This document shows positions 35,494-44,673 of a stretch of DNA of 64,000 nucleotides, piece by piece (the stretch's first letter is position 1; each line of letters opens with the position of its first letter). Source of the stretch: Candidatus Margulisiibacteriota bacterium (GTDB lineage: Bacteria; Margulisbacteria; WOR-1; O2-12-FULL-45-9; XYB2-FULL-48-7); NCBI GenBank assembly GCA_041650855.1, contig JBAZKJ010000002.1:69076-133075 (forward strand), written 5' to 3'. The translations under genes were made by a program, and so were the position numbers. The notes under the pieces were generated by a model. That model was given only the letters and a program-made list of their open reading frames with translations, had not been told where the DNA came from and did no database searches.

Positions 35494-36348
35494 TCAGTTC
35501 TTTGGCAACTCGCTCTCTAGCCCGCGCCGATAATGATATTCTTCGGCCAAATATTGGTAAAAAGGGGAGGAGTTGGCCCTGGCTTCGATGCGCGCCAGTA
35601 AGTTCGGGTAATTTTTAATGAGGCGGTAGATCGCCATTGCCAGCGGGTTCAACCCGAGGAACAGTTTGATCGTTAAATTCGGGTGTTTTTTGTAGAACAG
35701 GGCGGCCGAGCGCCCCATTGCGAACTTCCTTTCCAGCATCCCTGCGCGGGAGACTGGATGGTGGTGGTGGTTGACCGCGGGGGGGAGGTAATAGAGCTTG
35801 ATCCGCATCTGGGCGAGGCGGTAGCCGAGCTCAACATCTTCCCAGCCGTACCCTTTGAAGTTCTCGTCAAACAGGCCGGCGTCGATCAAAGCTGACCGGC
35901 GGATCGAGAGGTTGCCGGTCAGGAAATACGACCATTTCAGCTTTTGCAGCAGCCGGAACTTTTCCCGGATGTACGGTTTGCCGTCCGGATTGACGGTCAG
36001 GCCTTCGAACGCGCCGTTCGGTTTGCGGTGGTGGGCGTTCAGGTGCTCTTCCAGGAGGTTCGGTTCCGCCTCCATATCGGCGTCGGTCAGGAAAATAATG
36101 TCGCCCGTGGCTTGTTTAATGCCAAGGTTGCGGGCGTAAGCCTTGCCCTTGTTCTCCACCCGCTGGTAGTTGAAGCGGCAGGTTGGCTTCAATTCCTCGA
36201 CCATTTGCTCGGTCCCGTCGTTCGATGAGCTGTCGATCAGCTCGATCTCGTAGAGTTCGGGGGAGAGGGTCTGGTGGAAGAGCGACTCCAGCGTCTTTTT
36301 CAGGACGTGTTTCTGGTTATAGGTGCCGATGACCACGCTGATCTTCAT
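35494..36348 (-). CDS. Glycosyltransferase family 2
   Basis: ISVVIGTYN, DSSSNDGT, ARNLG, TDAD, GWEDVELGYR. Confidence 0.9.
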   Translation of the reverse strand: MKISVVIGTYNQKHVLKKTLESLFHQTLSPELYEIELIDSSSNDGTEQMVEELKPTCRFNYQRVENKGKAYARNLGIKQATGDIIFLTDADMEAEPNLLEEHLNAHHRKPNGAFEGLTVNPDGKPYIREKFRLLQKLKWSYFLTGNLSIRRSALIDAGLFDENFKGYGWEDVELGYRLAQMRIKLYYLPPAVNHHHHPVSRAGMLERKFAMGRSAALFYKKHPNLTIKLFLGLNPLAMAIYRLIKNYPNLLARIEARANSSPFYQYLAEEYHYRRGLESELPKN

Positions 36349-37616
36349 TGTTGGGTTGCCGCCTTGATGGAATCATAAGTGATGGCCAGCAATTTCGCAA
36401 GCTCGGCCCGGGAGATATTAAGCGGCGGCATCAGGATGATCACGTCGCCGAGCGGGCGGAGAATAGCGCCCCGCTTCCGCGCTTCCAGAATGACCCGGTG
36501 CCCCAGGCGGGCCGCCGCGGGATATCCGGCGAGCTCGATGCCGACCATCAGCCCCAGCTGGCGGATCTCCGCCACCGGAGCGAGCCGGAAAAAGCGCGGC
36601 AGTCCCTTTTTTAGCAAGGCGATCGAGCGGTTGACCTTTGGCAGCAGCGCGGTCTGCCGGAAGAGCCGGAGCGAGGCGAGGGCGGCAGCGCAGCCGAGCG
36701 GGTTGGCGGTGTAAGTGTGGCCGTGGAAGAACGTGCGCTGGCTTTCGTGCGAGCCGAGGAACGCCCGATAAACCTTTTCGGTCGTCAGCGTCGCGGCGAC
36801 CGGCAGGTAGCCGCCGGTCAAACCCTTGGCGACACACATTATATCGGGCCTGATCCCTTCGTGTTCGCAAGCGAACATCTTGCCGGTCCGGCCGAAACCG
36901 GTCGCCACCTCGTCGCAGATCAGCAGGACGTTATATTTGGTACAGAGACGGCGGACCCCCTTTAGATAGCCGGGCGGCATCAGGAGCATGCCGGCGGCCG
37001 CCTGCATCAGCGGTTCAACGATCATGGCGGCGACCTGGCGGTGATGTTTTTTCAACGTCCGTTCCAGCGCCGGGAGATCCCCGACCGGCACCTTGAACGA
37101 TTTGAAAAGGAGGGGCCGGTACATTTTATGGAAAAGATCGATCCCGCCGACCGAAACCGAGCCGATCGTGTCGCCGTGGTAAGCGTTGGCCAGCGTGACG
37201 AACCTGGTCTTATTTTTCCGCCCGCTCTGCTGCTGGTACTGGAAAGCGATCTTGAGCGCGATCTCGACCGCGGTCGAGCCGTCGTCCGAATAAAAGACCC
37301 TGGTCAGGCCCCGGGGCGCGATCTTGACCAGCTCTTGAGCCAACTCGATCGCCGGTACGTGGCTTAAGCCGAGGAAAGTGGAGTGGGCGATCTTGTCCAG
37401 CTGCCGCTTGATCGCGTTGTTGATGGTCCGCGCGCGGTGGCCGTGCACGGTGACCCAGAGCGACGAGACGCCGTCTAAGTATTTTCGCCCCCGGGTGTCG
37501 AACAGGTACGAGCCGGCGCCGCGGGCGATCACCAGCTGGTCGTGCGCCGCCCAGTCTTGCATCTGGGTGAACGGGTGCCAGAGGTGTTTCTTGTCGAGCT
37601 TTTGCCAGTCGGGCAT
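36345..37616 (-). CDS. bioA: Adenosylmethionine-8-amino-7-oxononanoate aminotransferase
   Basis: Start MPDWQKLDKKHLWHPFTQM; SSLWVT.HG, DDGSTAVE.ALK, YHGDT, DEVATGFGRTG, AKGLTGGYLP, HGHTYTANP. Confidence 0.95.
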   Translation of the reverse strand: MPDWQKLDKKHLWHPFTQMQDWAAHDQLVIARGAGSYLFDTRGRKYLDGVSSLWVTVHGHRARTINNAIKRQLDKIAHSTFLGLSHVPAIELAQELVKIAPRGLTRVFYSDDGSTAVEIALKIAFQYQQQSGRKNKTRFVTLANAYHGDTIGSVSVGGIDLFHKMYRPLLFKSFKVPVGDLPALERTLKKHHRQVAAMIVEPLMQAAAGMLLMPPGYLKGVRRLCTKYNVLLICDEVATGFGRTGKMFACEHEGIRPDIMCVAKGLTGGYLPVAATLTTEKVYRAFLGSHESQRTFFHGHTYTANPLGCAAALASLRLFRQTALLPKVNRSIALLKKGLPRFFRLAPVAEIRQLGLMVGIELAGYPAAARLGHRVILEARKRGAILRPLGDVIILMPPLNISRAELAKLLAITYDSIKAATQQ

Positions 37617-37694
37617 ACTGTTAGTATAAATTCTATTTACCCCGCCGTCAATTTTGTCTATAATCAAACCGGCGCCGATCAAGGAGGAAAACAA

Positions 37695-38795
37695 ATGGCT
37701 GATCAATATACGGTGACGACTAGAAAAAGCTGGGGGAGCAATATCCTGGATTCTTTCGTTGGGGCGGGGATCGGGATACTGATCTTTATCCTTTCGTTTA
37801 TCGTGCTCTGGAACAACGAAGGCTCGGTCGATTTCTCCAAAGTGGCCCGGACCAGCGTACCGGTCTCGGCCAGCGCGCTGGAGAGCGGCGCCAGCGGCAA
37901 GCTGGTCTCCCTCTCCGGCAAACTGAGCACCGCCGACCTGGTCGGCGATCCGCAATTCCTGAAGCCGGGGAGTTACCTGCAATTGTCCCGGCGGGTGGAG
38001 ATGTACGCCTGGCAGGAGAAAAGCCAGAGCGAGACAAAAGACCAGCTGGGCGGCGGGAGCGAGACCAAAACCACTTACACTTACGTCAAAGGGTGGACGA
38101 TCAATCCCAAGGATTCCAGCCGCTTTAAAGCGCCGGACGGCCACGAAAATCCGCCGCTGCCGGTGGAAAGCATGACGTTCACCGCCCTGACCGGCAAGAT
38201 CGGGGTCTACAGCGTCGATCCGCAAAGCATGGAGCTGCCGAAGCCGGCGCCGCTCAACCTGCGGGCCGACATGTTGCTGCCCGGCGAGGCGCTCTCCGGC
38301 AACCTGATCTTTAAAGGGCGTGGGACGCCGCAGTCGCCGCAGGTCGGCGACCTGCGGATCACTTACTCGGTCGTGCCGAACAAGATCGGCGTGACCGCCT
38401 TCGGCAAGCTGGAAGAAGACAGCCTGGTCCCTTTCCTGTATAAAGGGCGGGACAAACTATACCGCGCCGTGAAAGGGAGCCGCGACGAAGCGATCGCGGA
38501 GCTGGCGGCGGAGCACGGCGCCGCGGTCTGGGCGGTCAGGCTGGTCGGTTTCCTGCTGATGTGGGGCGGACTGTTCCTTTTCCTCAATCCGCTCAATGCC
38601 GTTTTGAAAGTGCTGCCGTGGCTCGGCACCGCCGGCCGCTGGACGATCGGGATCGTTACCTTCCCGGTCGCGCTGGTCTTAACGGCCGTGACCGTTATCA
38701 TTGCGATCGTCGCCCATAACATCTGGCTGCTGCTGGCGGTGCTGGCGCTGCTGGTCGGCCTGGTCTACTGGCGGTCGACGCTCAAGAAAAAATAA
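37695..38795 (+). CDS. TMEM43/DUF1625 family membrane protein
   Basis: AAGGAGG SD before ATG 37695; LWNNEG, RRVEMYAWQE, YTY.KGW, P.VGDLRI; four C-terminal TM segments. Confidence 0.82.
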   Translation: MADQYTVTTRKSWGSNILDSFVGAGIGILIFILSFIVLWNNEGSVDFSKVARTSVPVSASALESGASGKLVSLSGKLSTADLVGDPQFLKPGSYLQLSRRVEMYAWQEKSQSETKDQLGGGSETKTTYTYVKGWTINPKDSSRFKAPDGHENPPLPVESMTFTALTGKIGVYSVDPQSMELPKPAPLNLRADMLLPGEALSGNLIFKGRGTPQSPQVGDLRITYSVVPNKIGVTAFGKLEEDSLVPFLYKGRDKLYRAVKGSRDEAIAELAAEHGAAVWAVRLVGFLLMWGGLFLFLNPLNAVLKVLPWLGTAGRWTIGIVTFPVALVLTAVTVIIAIVAHNIWLLLAVLALLVGLVYWRSTLKKK

Positions 38796-39331
38796 TGCTG
38801 CTCAACGTCTGCTGCGCCCCCTGCGGCCTGCCGATCATCGAGGCGCTCGCGGGGAGCGAGCTGACGCTTTTCTTCGACGGCCCCAACATCGCTCCCCGGG
38901 CGGAATACGACCGGCGCCTGGCGGCGACCCGCCGAGTCGCCGAGCTCTATCAACTTAAGTTCCTGGCGGGGGAGTACGAGCACGAGGCCTGGCTGAAGTT
39001 CGTCGCCGGCCAACTGGAGCAGCCGCCGGCCAAATATCCCGAGAACGGCGAGCGCTGCCGGGCCTGTTTCAAGTTCCGCCTGCAGCGGACCGCTTTTTTT
39101 GCCCGGGAGCACGGTTTTACTGCTTTTGCGACCACGCTGAGCGTCAGCCGTTTCAAGGACGTCGTTTTTATTAACCAGTACGGCAAGGAGTTGGCCAACA
39201 AACTTTGGTTGACTTACGTGCCGCTGGAGCTTGACCCCGGGCTGGCGCACCGCCGGGGGAGAGAACTTTCCCAACAGCATGAGATCTACCGGCAGAAATA
39301 TTGCGGCTGCGAGTTCAGCCTGCAGGCTTAA
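38795..39331 (+). CDS. queH: Epoxyqueuosine reductase QueH
   Basis: CCAPC, PNIAP..EY, RC..C...RL, FATTLSVS, YRQKYCGCEFS. Confidence 0.88.
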   Translation: MLLNVCCAPCGLPIIEALAGSELTLFFDGPNIAPRAEYDRRLAATRRVAELYQLKFLAGEYEHEAWLKFVAGQLEQPPAKYPENGERCRACFKFRLQRTAFFAREHGFTAFATTLSVSRFKDVVFINQYGKELANKLWLTYVPLELDPGLAHRRGRELSQQHEIYRQKYCGCEFSLQA

Positions 39332-39930
39332 CGCCAGGGGAGCTGGGCGAGGACGGGGAGGTTGGTCAGTCGTTCGATGATCGCCGCGTTGCTTTTTTCC
39401 GCGCGGTCTTTTCCCCGGTAACCGTTAATGATTATTCCCATGATCGGAATATTCCGCCGGCGCAAAGCTTCCACGGTCAACAGGGTATGATTGATCGTCC
39501 CCAGCCCCGCCCGGGCAACGATAATGGCCGGCAGTTTTAGCCGCTTGATCAGATCGACGACCAATAGCTTTCCCGTGATCGGGACCAGCACTCCGCCGAT
39601 CCCTTCAATCAGCACGATCCCGTGCCTTTTTTTCAATTGCCGATAAGCCTGGATCGCGGTTTCGAGTTTCAGGTTTCGTTTTTCGAGTTTAGCTGCCGCC
39701 AGAGGGGCCAAGGGAGCCTTCAGGTGGATCGGATTGATCAAGCGGAGTGGATCTTTTAGCTTCAATTTATTTTTGAGAAAGCGGGCATCATCGTCCCTGG
39801 CCGATCCCGTGGAGATCGGCTTCATGACGCCGATGTCGAGGCCGCAACGCCTTAAATAGCGCGCCAGCCAGACCGTTACGTAAGTTTTGCCGCAGCCGGT
39901 GTCAGTTCCCGTAATAAAGACGCCAGACAT
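39328..39930 (-). CDS. bioD: Dethiobiotin synthase
   Basis: FITGTDTGCGKT, MKPISTG, APLAAA, IEGIGG, LGTINHTLLT. Confidence 0.95.
   Translation of the reverse strand: MSGVFITGTDTGCGKTYVTVWLARYLRRCGLDIGVMKPISTGSARDDDARFLKNKLKLKDPLRLINPIHLKAPLAPLAAAKLEKRNLKLETAIQAYRQLKKRHGIVLIEGIGGVLVPITGKLLVVDLIKRLKLPAIIVARAGLGTINHTLLTVEALRRRNIPIMGIIINGYRGKDRAEKSNAAIIERLTNLPVLAQLPWR
39661..39688. repeat. Period-7 tandem patch in bioD
   Basis: TTCGAGT TTCAGGT TTCGTTT TTCGAGT; encodes LEKRNLKLE on the minus strand. Confidence 0.72.
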
Positions 39931-40955
39931 TCGATCTCCTCCTTGGTGTGGGCCGCCGTGATCGTTATGCGTAAACGCGAGCCGCCGGCCGGGACGGTCG
40001 GCGGCCGGATGCCGGAGACAAAAAAGCCGCGGTCGAACAACTCGGCCGAGAGCCGCAGCGTCTCCGCCGCGTCGCCGATGACCAGCGGAATGACGGAGCT
40101 CTCCGCCCGCGGGCTAAGCAGGCGGATGTTGTCCCAGAGCTTTTGCCTGAGCTCCGGTTGAGCTTCAATTATTGCCAGGGCGGCGAGGGAGGCGGCGCAA
40201 ACGGCGGGGGGGAGGGCGGTCGTGTAAATAAAACTGCGCGCCTTGTTGCGCAGGTAGTCGATCAGCTCCGCGCTGCCGGCGACGAAGCCGCCGAGGCTGC
40301 CGACCGCCTTGGACAATGTTCCCATCACGACGTCGGCGGGGTTGTTGAACTCCAGCACGCCGGTCGCGTGAGCGTCGTCGGTCATTAAGATCGCGTCGTA
40401 TCGTTTAGCGAGCCGGGAGAGTTCGGGGAGCGGCGCCAGGTCGCCGTCCATGGAGAAGACGGTGTCGGTCACGATCAGCCGGCGGCGCGACTTGGCGGCC
40501 TTTTTTAGTATTTCTTCCAGGGCGGCGGCATCTTTATGCGGATAGACTTGCAGTTTTGCTTTGGACAACCGGCAGGCGTCGATGATCGAGGCGTGGTCCA
40601 GCCGGTCGATGATAACGGTGTCATGTTCGCCGACCAGCGCGCTGATCGTGCCGAGGTTCGCCATGTAACCGGTCGGAAAAACGAGGGCGGCCTCGCGTTT
40701 CTCGAAAGCGGCGATCTTTTTTTCCAATTCTTCGTGGAGCGGCGTGTTGCCGGAGATCAGGCGCGAGGCGCCGGCGCCAAGACCATATTCATCAATGGCA
40801 GACTTGGCTTTCTCCCTGACCAGCGGGTGCCGGGAGAGCCCCAGATAGTCGTTGGAGCAAAAGATCTTGTGGGTTGCCCGGTCGATGGTCCTCAATTCGC
40901 GATACAGACCCGCGGCTTTCAGCGCTGCCAGCTCGGCGTTAATGAACTCGAGCAT
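39876..40955 (-). CDS. bioF: 8-amino-7-oxononanoate synthase
   Basis: FCSNDYLGL, GAGASRLISG, GYMANLG, DRLDHASIID, VFSMDGD, DDAHATG, GTLSKA, IRPPTVP. Confidence 0.95.
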   Translation of the reverse strand: MLEFINAELAALKAAGLYRELRTIDRATHKIFCSNDYLGLSRHPLVREKAKSAIDEYGLGAGASRLISGNTPLHEELEKKIAAFEKREAALVFPTGYMANLGTISALVGEHDTVIIDRLDHASIIDACRLSKAKLQVYPHKDAAALEEILKKAAKSRRRLIVTDTVFSMDGDLAPLPELSRLAKRYDAILMTDDAHATGVLEFNNPADVVMGTLSKAVGSLGGFVAGSAELIDYLRNKARSFIYTTALPPAVCAASLAALAIIEAQPELRQKLWDNIRLLSPRAESSVIPLVIGDAAETLRLSAELFDRGFFVSGIRPPTVPAGGSRLRITITAAHTKEEIECLASLLRELTPAAAKLT

Positions 40956-41925
40956 CGATCTCCAGGCCGAGCTCTTTGAGCATTTGCCGATCGCGTTCCG
41001 GTGCCTGGCCTTTGGTTGTCAGGTAATCGCCGATCAGGGTGACGTTGGCCCCGGCGGCGAACATCAGCGGCTGCAGCGTGCCGAGCGCTTTTTCCCGCCC
41101 GCCGAAGACGCCGAGGTCCTGGGTCGGCAGGATAAAGCGGTAGGCCGCGACCAGCTTGAGGACGGCAAAAGGGGTGAGCGGGGGATTGTTGGCCGCCGGG
41201 GTGCCGGGTACCGGGTGGAGGATGTTAATGGGGACAGACTGGACATTAAGCTCTTTCAGGGCGAAAGCCAGCTCGATCCGCTGCTCCGCCGTTTCGCCGA
41301 TGCCGAATATCCCGCCGGAACAGACCTCCAGGCCCGCTTCCTGAGCGAGCTTGATCGTCTTGATCCGGTCGGCGTAGGTATGGGTGGTGCACATTTGCGG
41401 GAAGAAGCTCTCCGCCGTTTCTAAATTATGATGCAGGCGTTTCAGGCCGGCTTTTTTCAGCTTATTGATCTGTTCCCGGTCCAAAGTCCCCAGTGAAACG
41501 CAGCGGTTGAGCTTGGTTTCCCTGGTCACGGCTGCCAGGGCGGCGCCGATCGTCGCCAGTTCCGCGTCGGAGTGGATCGTTTTGCCCGAAGTGACAAAGG
41601 AGAAACAGGTGGCGGACATGTTCCGTTCCGCTTGTTTGGCGGCGTTGACCAATTCCGGCTCGGCCATTAACGGGTAAACCCGGCAGTCGGTCTGGTGGTG
41701 GGCGGATTGGGCGCAGAAGCTGCAGTTCTCGGAACAGCGGCCCGACTTGGCGTTAACGATGCCGCAGAGCTTGACCTGGTTGCCGTGAAAACGGCGGCGG
41801 ACCTGGTCGGCGGCGGCCAGCAGCGACCAGATCTCCCGGTCGGGACAGGCGATCAGGCGTTCCGCTTCGCCCTGCGTGACGGGGCTTCCCGCGCCGACCC
41901 GGTCTGCTAATGCCTGGTGATCCAT
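40939..41925 (-). CDS. bioB: Biotin synthase
   Basis: NAKSGRCSENCSFCAQS, HHNLET, CSGGIFG, SVPIN; start at ATG 41925 (MDHQAL). Confidence 0.96.
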   Translation of the reverse strand: MDHQALADRVGAGSPVTQGEAERLIACPDREIWSLLAAADQVRRRFHGNQVKLCGIVNAKSGRCSENCSFCAQSAHHQTDCRVYPLMAEPELVNAAKQAERNMSATCFSFVTSGKTIHSDAELATIGAALAAVTRETKLNRCVSLGTLDREQINKLKKAGLKRLHHNLETAESFFPQMCTTHTYADRIKTIKLAQEAGLEVCSGGIFGIGETAEQRIELAFALKELNVQSVPINILHPVPGTPAANNPPLTPFAVLKLVAAYRFILPTQDLGVFGGREKALGTLQPLMFAAGANVTLIGDYLTTKGQAPERDRQMLKELGLEIDARVH

Positions 41926-41943
41926 GCTAAAATAATTATAACA
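41925..41943. promoter_or_regulatory. Interlocked divergent extended -10 promoters between bioB and bioH
   Basis: CATGCTAAAATAATTATAACATG: plus strand TG-C-TAAAAT, minus strand TG-T-TATAAT; 17 bp between the start codons. Confidence 0.65.
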
Positions 41944-42563
41944 TGGATATCTTCCTCCACGGCTTCGCGACGACGCCGGCGATCTGGCCGGCGGGCGGCC
42001 CCGTTCTCCATTTTGACGATCTGGAGCGGGAGGCGGAACGCGTCGGCCAAGGGTTGGGCAGGGGAACGAGAGTGATCGGCTGGTCGATGGGGGGGATGGT
42101 GGCGCTGCTGGTCGCAGCAAGATATCCGGAGAAGGTCGGTCAACTTGTCCTGGTCTCGACCACTCCCAAATTCATCGCGTCCGCTGATTTCTCCGGCGGT
42201 TTGCCGCTGGCTTTGCTGCGGCGGTTAGAAAAACGGATCAAAACCGAGGGGATCAAGGCGTTCCACGCCCTGGTCTTTCCGGACGGGCATAACGCCGGCT
42301 TAGCCGACCTGACGGTGGAGCAGGCGTTAAAAGAACTGGCGGCGCTGGAAAAAGTCGATCTGCGGTCCCTGCTCGGCTCGATCAAAGCGCCGACCCTGAT
42401 CGTCCACGGCGAGCGGGACGAGATCTGCCGGCCGGCGGCGGCTAGCTACTTGCACGCCGGGATCGCCGGGAGCGAACTGGTCATCTTGCCGGGGGTCAAA
42501 CACGCGCCGCCGGTCGAAGCGCCGGAGCGGTTCGCCGAATTGCTGAGGAACAATGCTGGATAA
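41943..42563 (+). CDS. bioH: Pimeloyl-ACP methyl ester esterase (short alpha/beta hydrolase)
   Basis: FLHGF, GWSMGG nucleophile elbow, STTPKF, HG.RDE, KHAPP; bio context. Confidence 0.85.
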   Translation: MDIFLHGFATTPAIWPAGGPVLHFDDLEREAERVGQGLGRGTRVIGWSMGGMVALLVAARYPEKVGQLVLVSTTPKFIASADFSGGLPLALLRRLEKRIKTEGIKAFHALVFPDGHNAGLADLTVEQALKELAALEKVDLRSLLGSIKAPTLIVHGERDEICRPAAASYLHAGIAGSELVILPGVKHAPPVEAPERFAELLRNNAG

Positions 42564-43269
42564 AACGGCGATCAGCGATAATTTTTCCCGCAGCGCGCCG
42601 CAGTACGACCGGCACGCGGTCCTGCAGCAAGCTATGGCGGCCGGGTTGCTGGCGAAATTACCGGACATTAAACCGCAAAAGATCCTTGACCTTGGTTGCG
42701 GCACGGGGACCCTGACCCGGGAGCTGGCGGCCAAGTTCCCGGCCGCGCGCGTCGTCGGCCTCGATATCGCGCCGGGGATGATCGAGATCGCCAACCGGCG
42801 GGCCGGCGGCAACTTGGAATTCCGGGTCGGTGACGGTGAAGCGTTGGAGGGCGAGAAGGAATGGGACCTGGTCGTCGCCAACGCTGCTTTGCAGTGGATG
42901 GACGCGGCCGCGGTCTTTGCCCGCGTGGCGCGGGCGCTGAAGCCGCACGGCCTTTTTGCCTTTACCACCTTTGGGCCGCAGACCTTGCTTGAACTGCGGA
43001 CCGGCGGTTTCGCGGTCAACCGGTTCCTGGCGGCCGAAGAGCTGAACCTGTTGGCCGTGCCGCTCTTTGCCCGGGCCGAGATCGCGGCCGAGACCCGGCT
43101 CAGCGGTTTTTCCAGCCTGAAAGAGCTGCTCCATTACCTTAAGGAGCTCGGCGCCAATACGCCGGAGTACCGGCCGCGCGCCGAACTGTCCGCTTTTCGC
43201 CGTTTCCGGGAGCGTCACCCGCTGGTCACGGCGACGTTCGAAGTGATCACCGGGTTGCTTTTTAAATAG
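42553..43269 (+). CDS. bioC: Malonyl-ACP O-methyltransferase
   Basis: FSRSAPQYD..A.LQ, LDLGCGTG, NAALQW, FTTFGP.TL.EL, YLKELGA. Confidence 0.9.
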   Translation: MLDKTAISDNFSRSAPQYDRHAVLQQAMAAGLLAKLPDIKPQKILDLGCGTGTLTRELAAKFPAARVVGLDIAPGMIEIANRRAGGNLEFRVGDGEALEGEKEWDLVVANAALQWMDAAAVFARVARALKPHGLFAFTTFGPQTLLELRTGGFAVNRFLAAEELNLLAVPLFARAEIAAETRLSGFSSLKELLHYLKELGANTPEYRPRAELSAFRRFRERHPLVTATFEVITGLLFK

Positions 43270-43291
43270 GGCTGGCTTATTATTCAATTGC

Positions 43292-44389
43292 ATGGAAGTC
43301 AGGTACAGTAAAGCGGAGGTCCTGAGCCGGGTCGCCTGGGCGAACCATTTCCGGATCATCTTCGGTTCGATCTTTTTCTTCGGTTTGATCGTGATGAATT
43401 CCTTCGGCGTTTTCCTGCGCGAACCGACGATCGTGCTGGTGCTGATCGGCCTGGCGATCCTTTTTTACGCCCTGCTCAGCTATTATTACCTGACGACCCA
43501 GCGGCCGTCGCTCGGGGAGACCATTTTCCTCTCGGTCTTCCTGGGGGTGGTCGATATTCTGGCCATTACCGTTTTCGTTTATTTCAGCGGCGGGGCGGAT
43601 AGCCCTTACTTTGTCTTTTACCTGCTGGTTTTGGCGGCCAAGCTGATCAGCACCCCGTATTTCCCGCAGGCGGTTTTCCTGTGGGCGGCGGTCGCCGCCT
43701 TCTGTTACGACGCGCTCCTGCTCCTCCTGCTGGCGGGTTTCCTCCCGGTCTACGCCCGCGGCGCCGAGATCGTCGGGATGACGCCGGCGGTCGCGCATTC
43801 GATCACGACCAACCTCTTCCTGATCCCGGCGGTGATAGCCTTTTTCGCGCTCGGGGTGTATTTGATCGGCCAGGTGACCAGGCGGGAGCGCCAGACGCTG
43901 CAAGGCGAACTGGAAGGGGAAAAAGAGCTGGAAAAAAAGATCGCCGCCTTCGGGCAGGTCTTTTGGACGCTGACCCACGTGTTCAACCTGGACAATATGC
44001 TGAGCGAGGTCCTGGCCAAGCTGCTTGATATCCTCGACCTCGGTTCCGGCCTGATCATGATCACCGACCAAAGAGGGGCGCTGGTGCCGAAGGCCGCCAA
44101 AAATGTCCCGCCCGAACTGCTGGAGGTCTTCAGCCGGCAGAACTTGAAACAGCTCGATATTTCGCCGGCAAACCTGAAAGGGATCATGATCGATAATGAC
44201 GTGATCCATCACCTGATGCTGAAGAAACTGGCTTTTCAGAAACGGTCGCTCGGCTTATTGGTCCTGTTCTGCCGGGAAGGGGAGCATTGCCCGAACGCGA
44301 AGCTGAGCGCCGCTCTGGAGCCGGTCGTGGACGAGCTGTCCGTTACGCTTTATTACGCCAGATTGTTCCGGCGGGTGAAAGCCGAATGA
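43292..44389 (+). CDS. Multi-TM membrane protein with C-terminal GAF-like region, no output domain
   Basis: About 6 hydrophobic helices including GGADSPYFVFY, then a coiled coil and LDNMLSEVL..LLDILDLGSGLI (GAF-like). Confidence 0.65.
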   Translation: MEVRYSKAEVLSRVAWANHFRIIFGSIFFFGLIVMNSFGVFLREPTIVLVLIGLAILFYALLSYYYLTTQRPSLGETIFLSVFLGVVDILAITVFVYFSGGADSPYFVFYLLVLAAKLISTPYFPQAVFLWAAVAAFCYDALLLLLLAGFLPVYARGAEIVGMTPAVAHSITTNLFLIPAVIAFFALGVYLIGQVTRRERQTLQGELEGEKELEKKIAAFGQVFWTLTHVFNLDNMLSEVLAKLLDILDLGSGLIMITDQRGALVPKAAKNVPPELLEVFSRQNLKQLDISPANLKGIMIDNDVIHHLMLKKLAFQKRSLGLLVLFCREGEHCPNAKLSAALEPVVDELSVTLYYARLFRRVKAE

Positions 44390-44655
44390 AAGGCGCCGCC
44401 GTCGTTCTGCTGCTGATCATGGCGGTTACCCCGGTCCTGGCCCAGACCGCGACCGCGGAGGCGGGCGGCCGCGGTTTTGCCACCGAATTCGACCTCACTT
44501 TCTGGCAAACGCTCCCGTTCGCCACGTTCTGGAGCTACGCCGTCGCCAATCAATTGGCGCACGGGGGAGCGCTCAACTGGTCGCCGATCATGAACGCCGC
44601 GCTGATCGTTTCCGTCGCTAACGCCGTCATCCACGCCCGGAATGTGGCAAAGTAA
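44386..44655 (+). CDS. Small hypothetical exported/membrane protein
   Basis: ATGA overlap with upstream gene; signal peptide MKGAAVVLLLIMAVTPVLA; two hydrophobic segments. Confidence 0.65.
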   Translation: MKGAAVVLLLIMAVTPVLAQTATAEAGGRGFATEFDLTFWQTLPFATFWSYAVANQLAHGGALNWSPIMNAALIVSVANAVIHARNVAK

Positions 44656-44673
44656 CGCCGGTTGTGCTAAAAT

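Noticed and set aside
34230-35618. 462-aa plus-strand ORF and similar long antisense ORFs (e.g. 9414..10751, 44353..45753, 60814..62091)
   Set aside because: These are shadow ORFs opposite well-supported genes, as expected in GC-rich DNA, and show no motifs
37617-38225. Extension of bioA to 626 aa
   Set aside because: It is antisense to the TMEM43 gene; BioA homology starts at 37616, with a -10 just upstream
38795-38830. QueH N-terminal motif reads LLNVCCAPC rather than the usual His form
   Set aside because: It is a single substitution with all Cys retained; not enough to claim altered function
41925-41943. BirA operator between bioB and bioH
   Set aside because: No TGTAAAC/TGTTAAC-N14-15 inverted repeat is present, and the BirA in this window has no HTH
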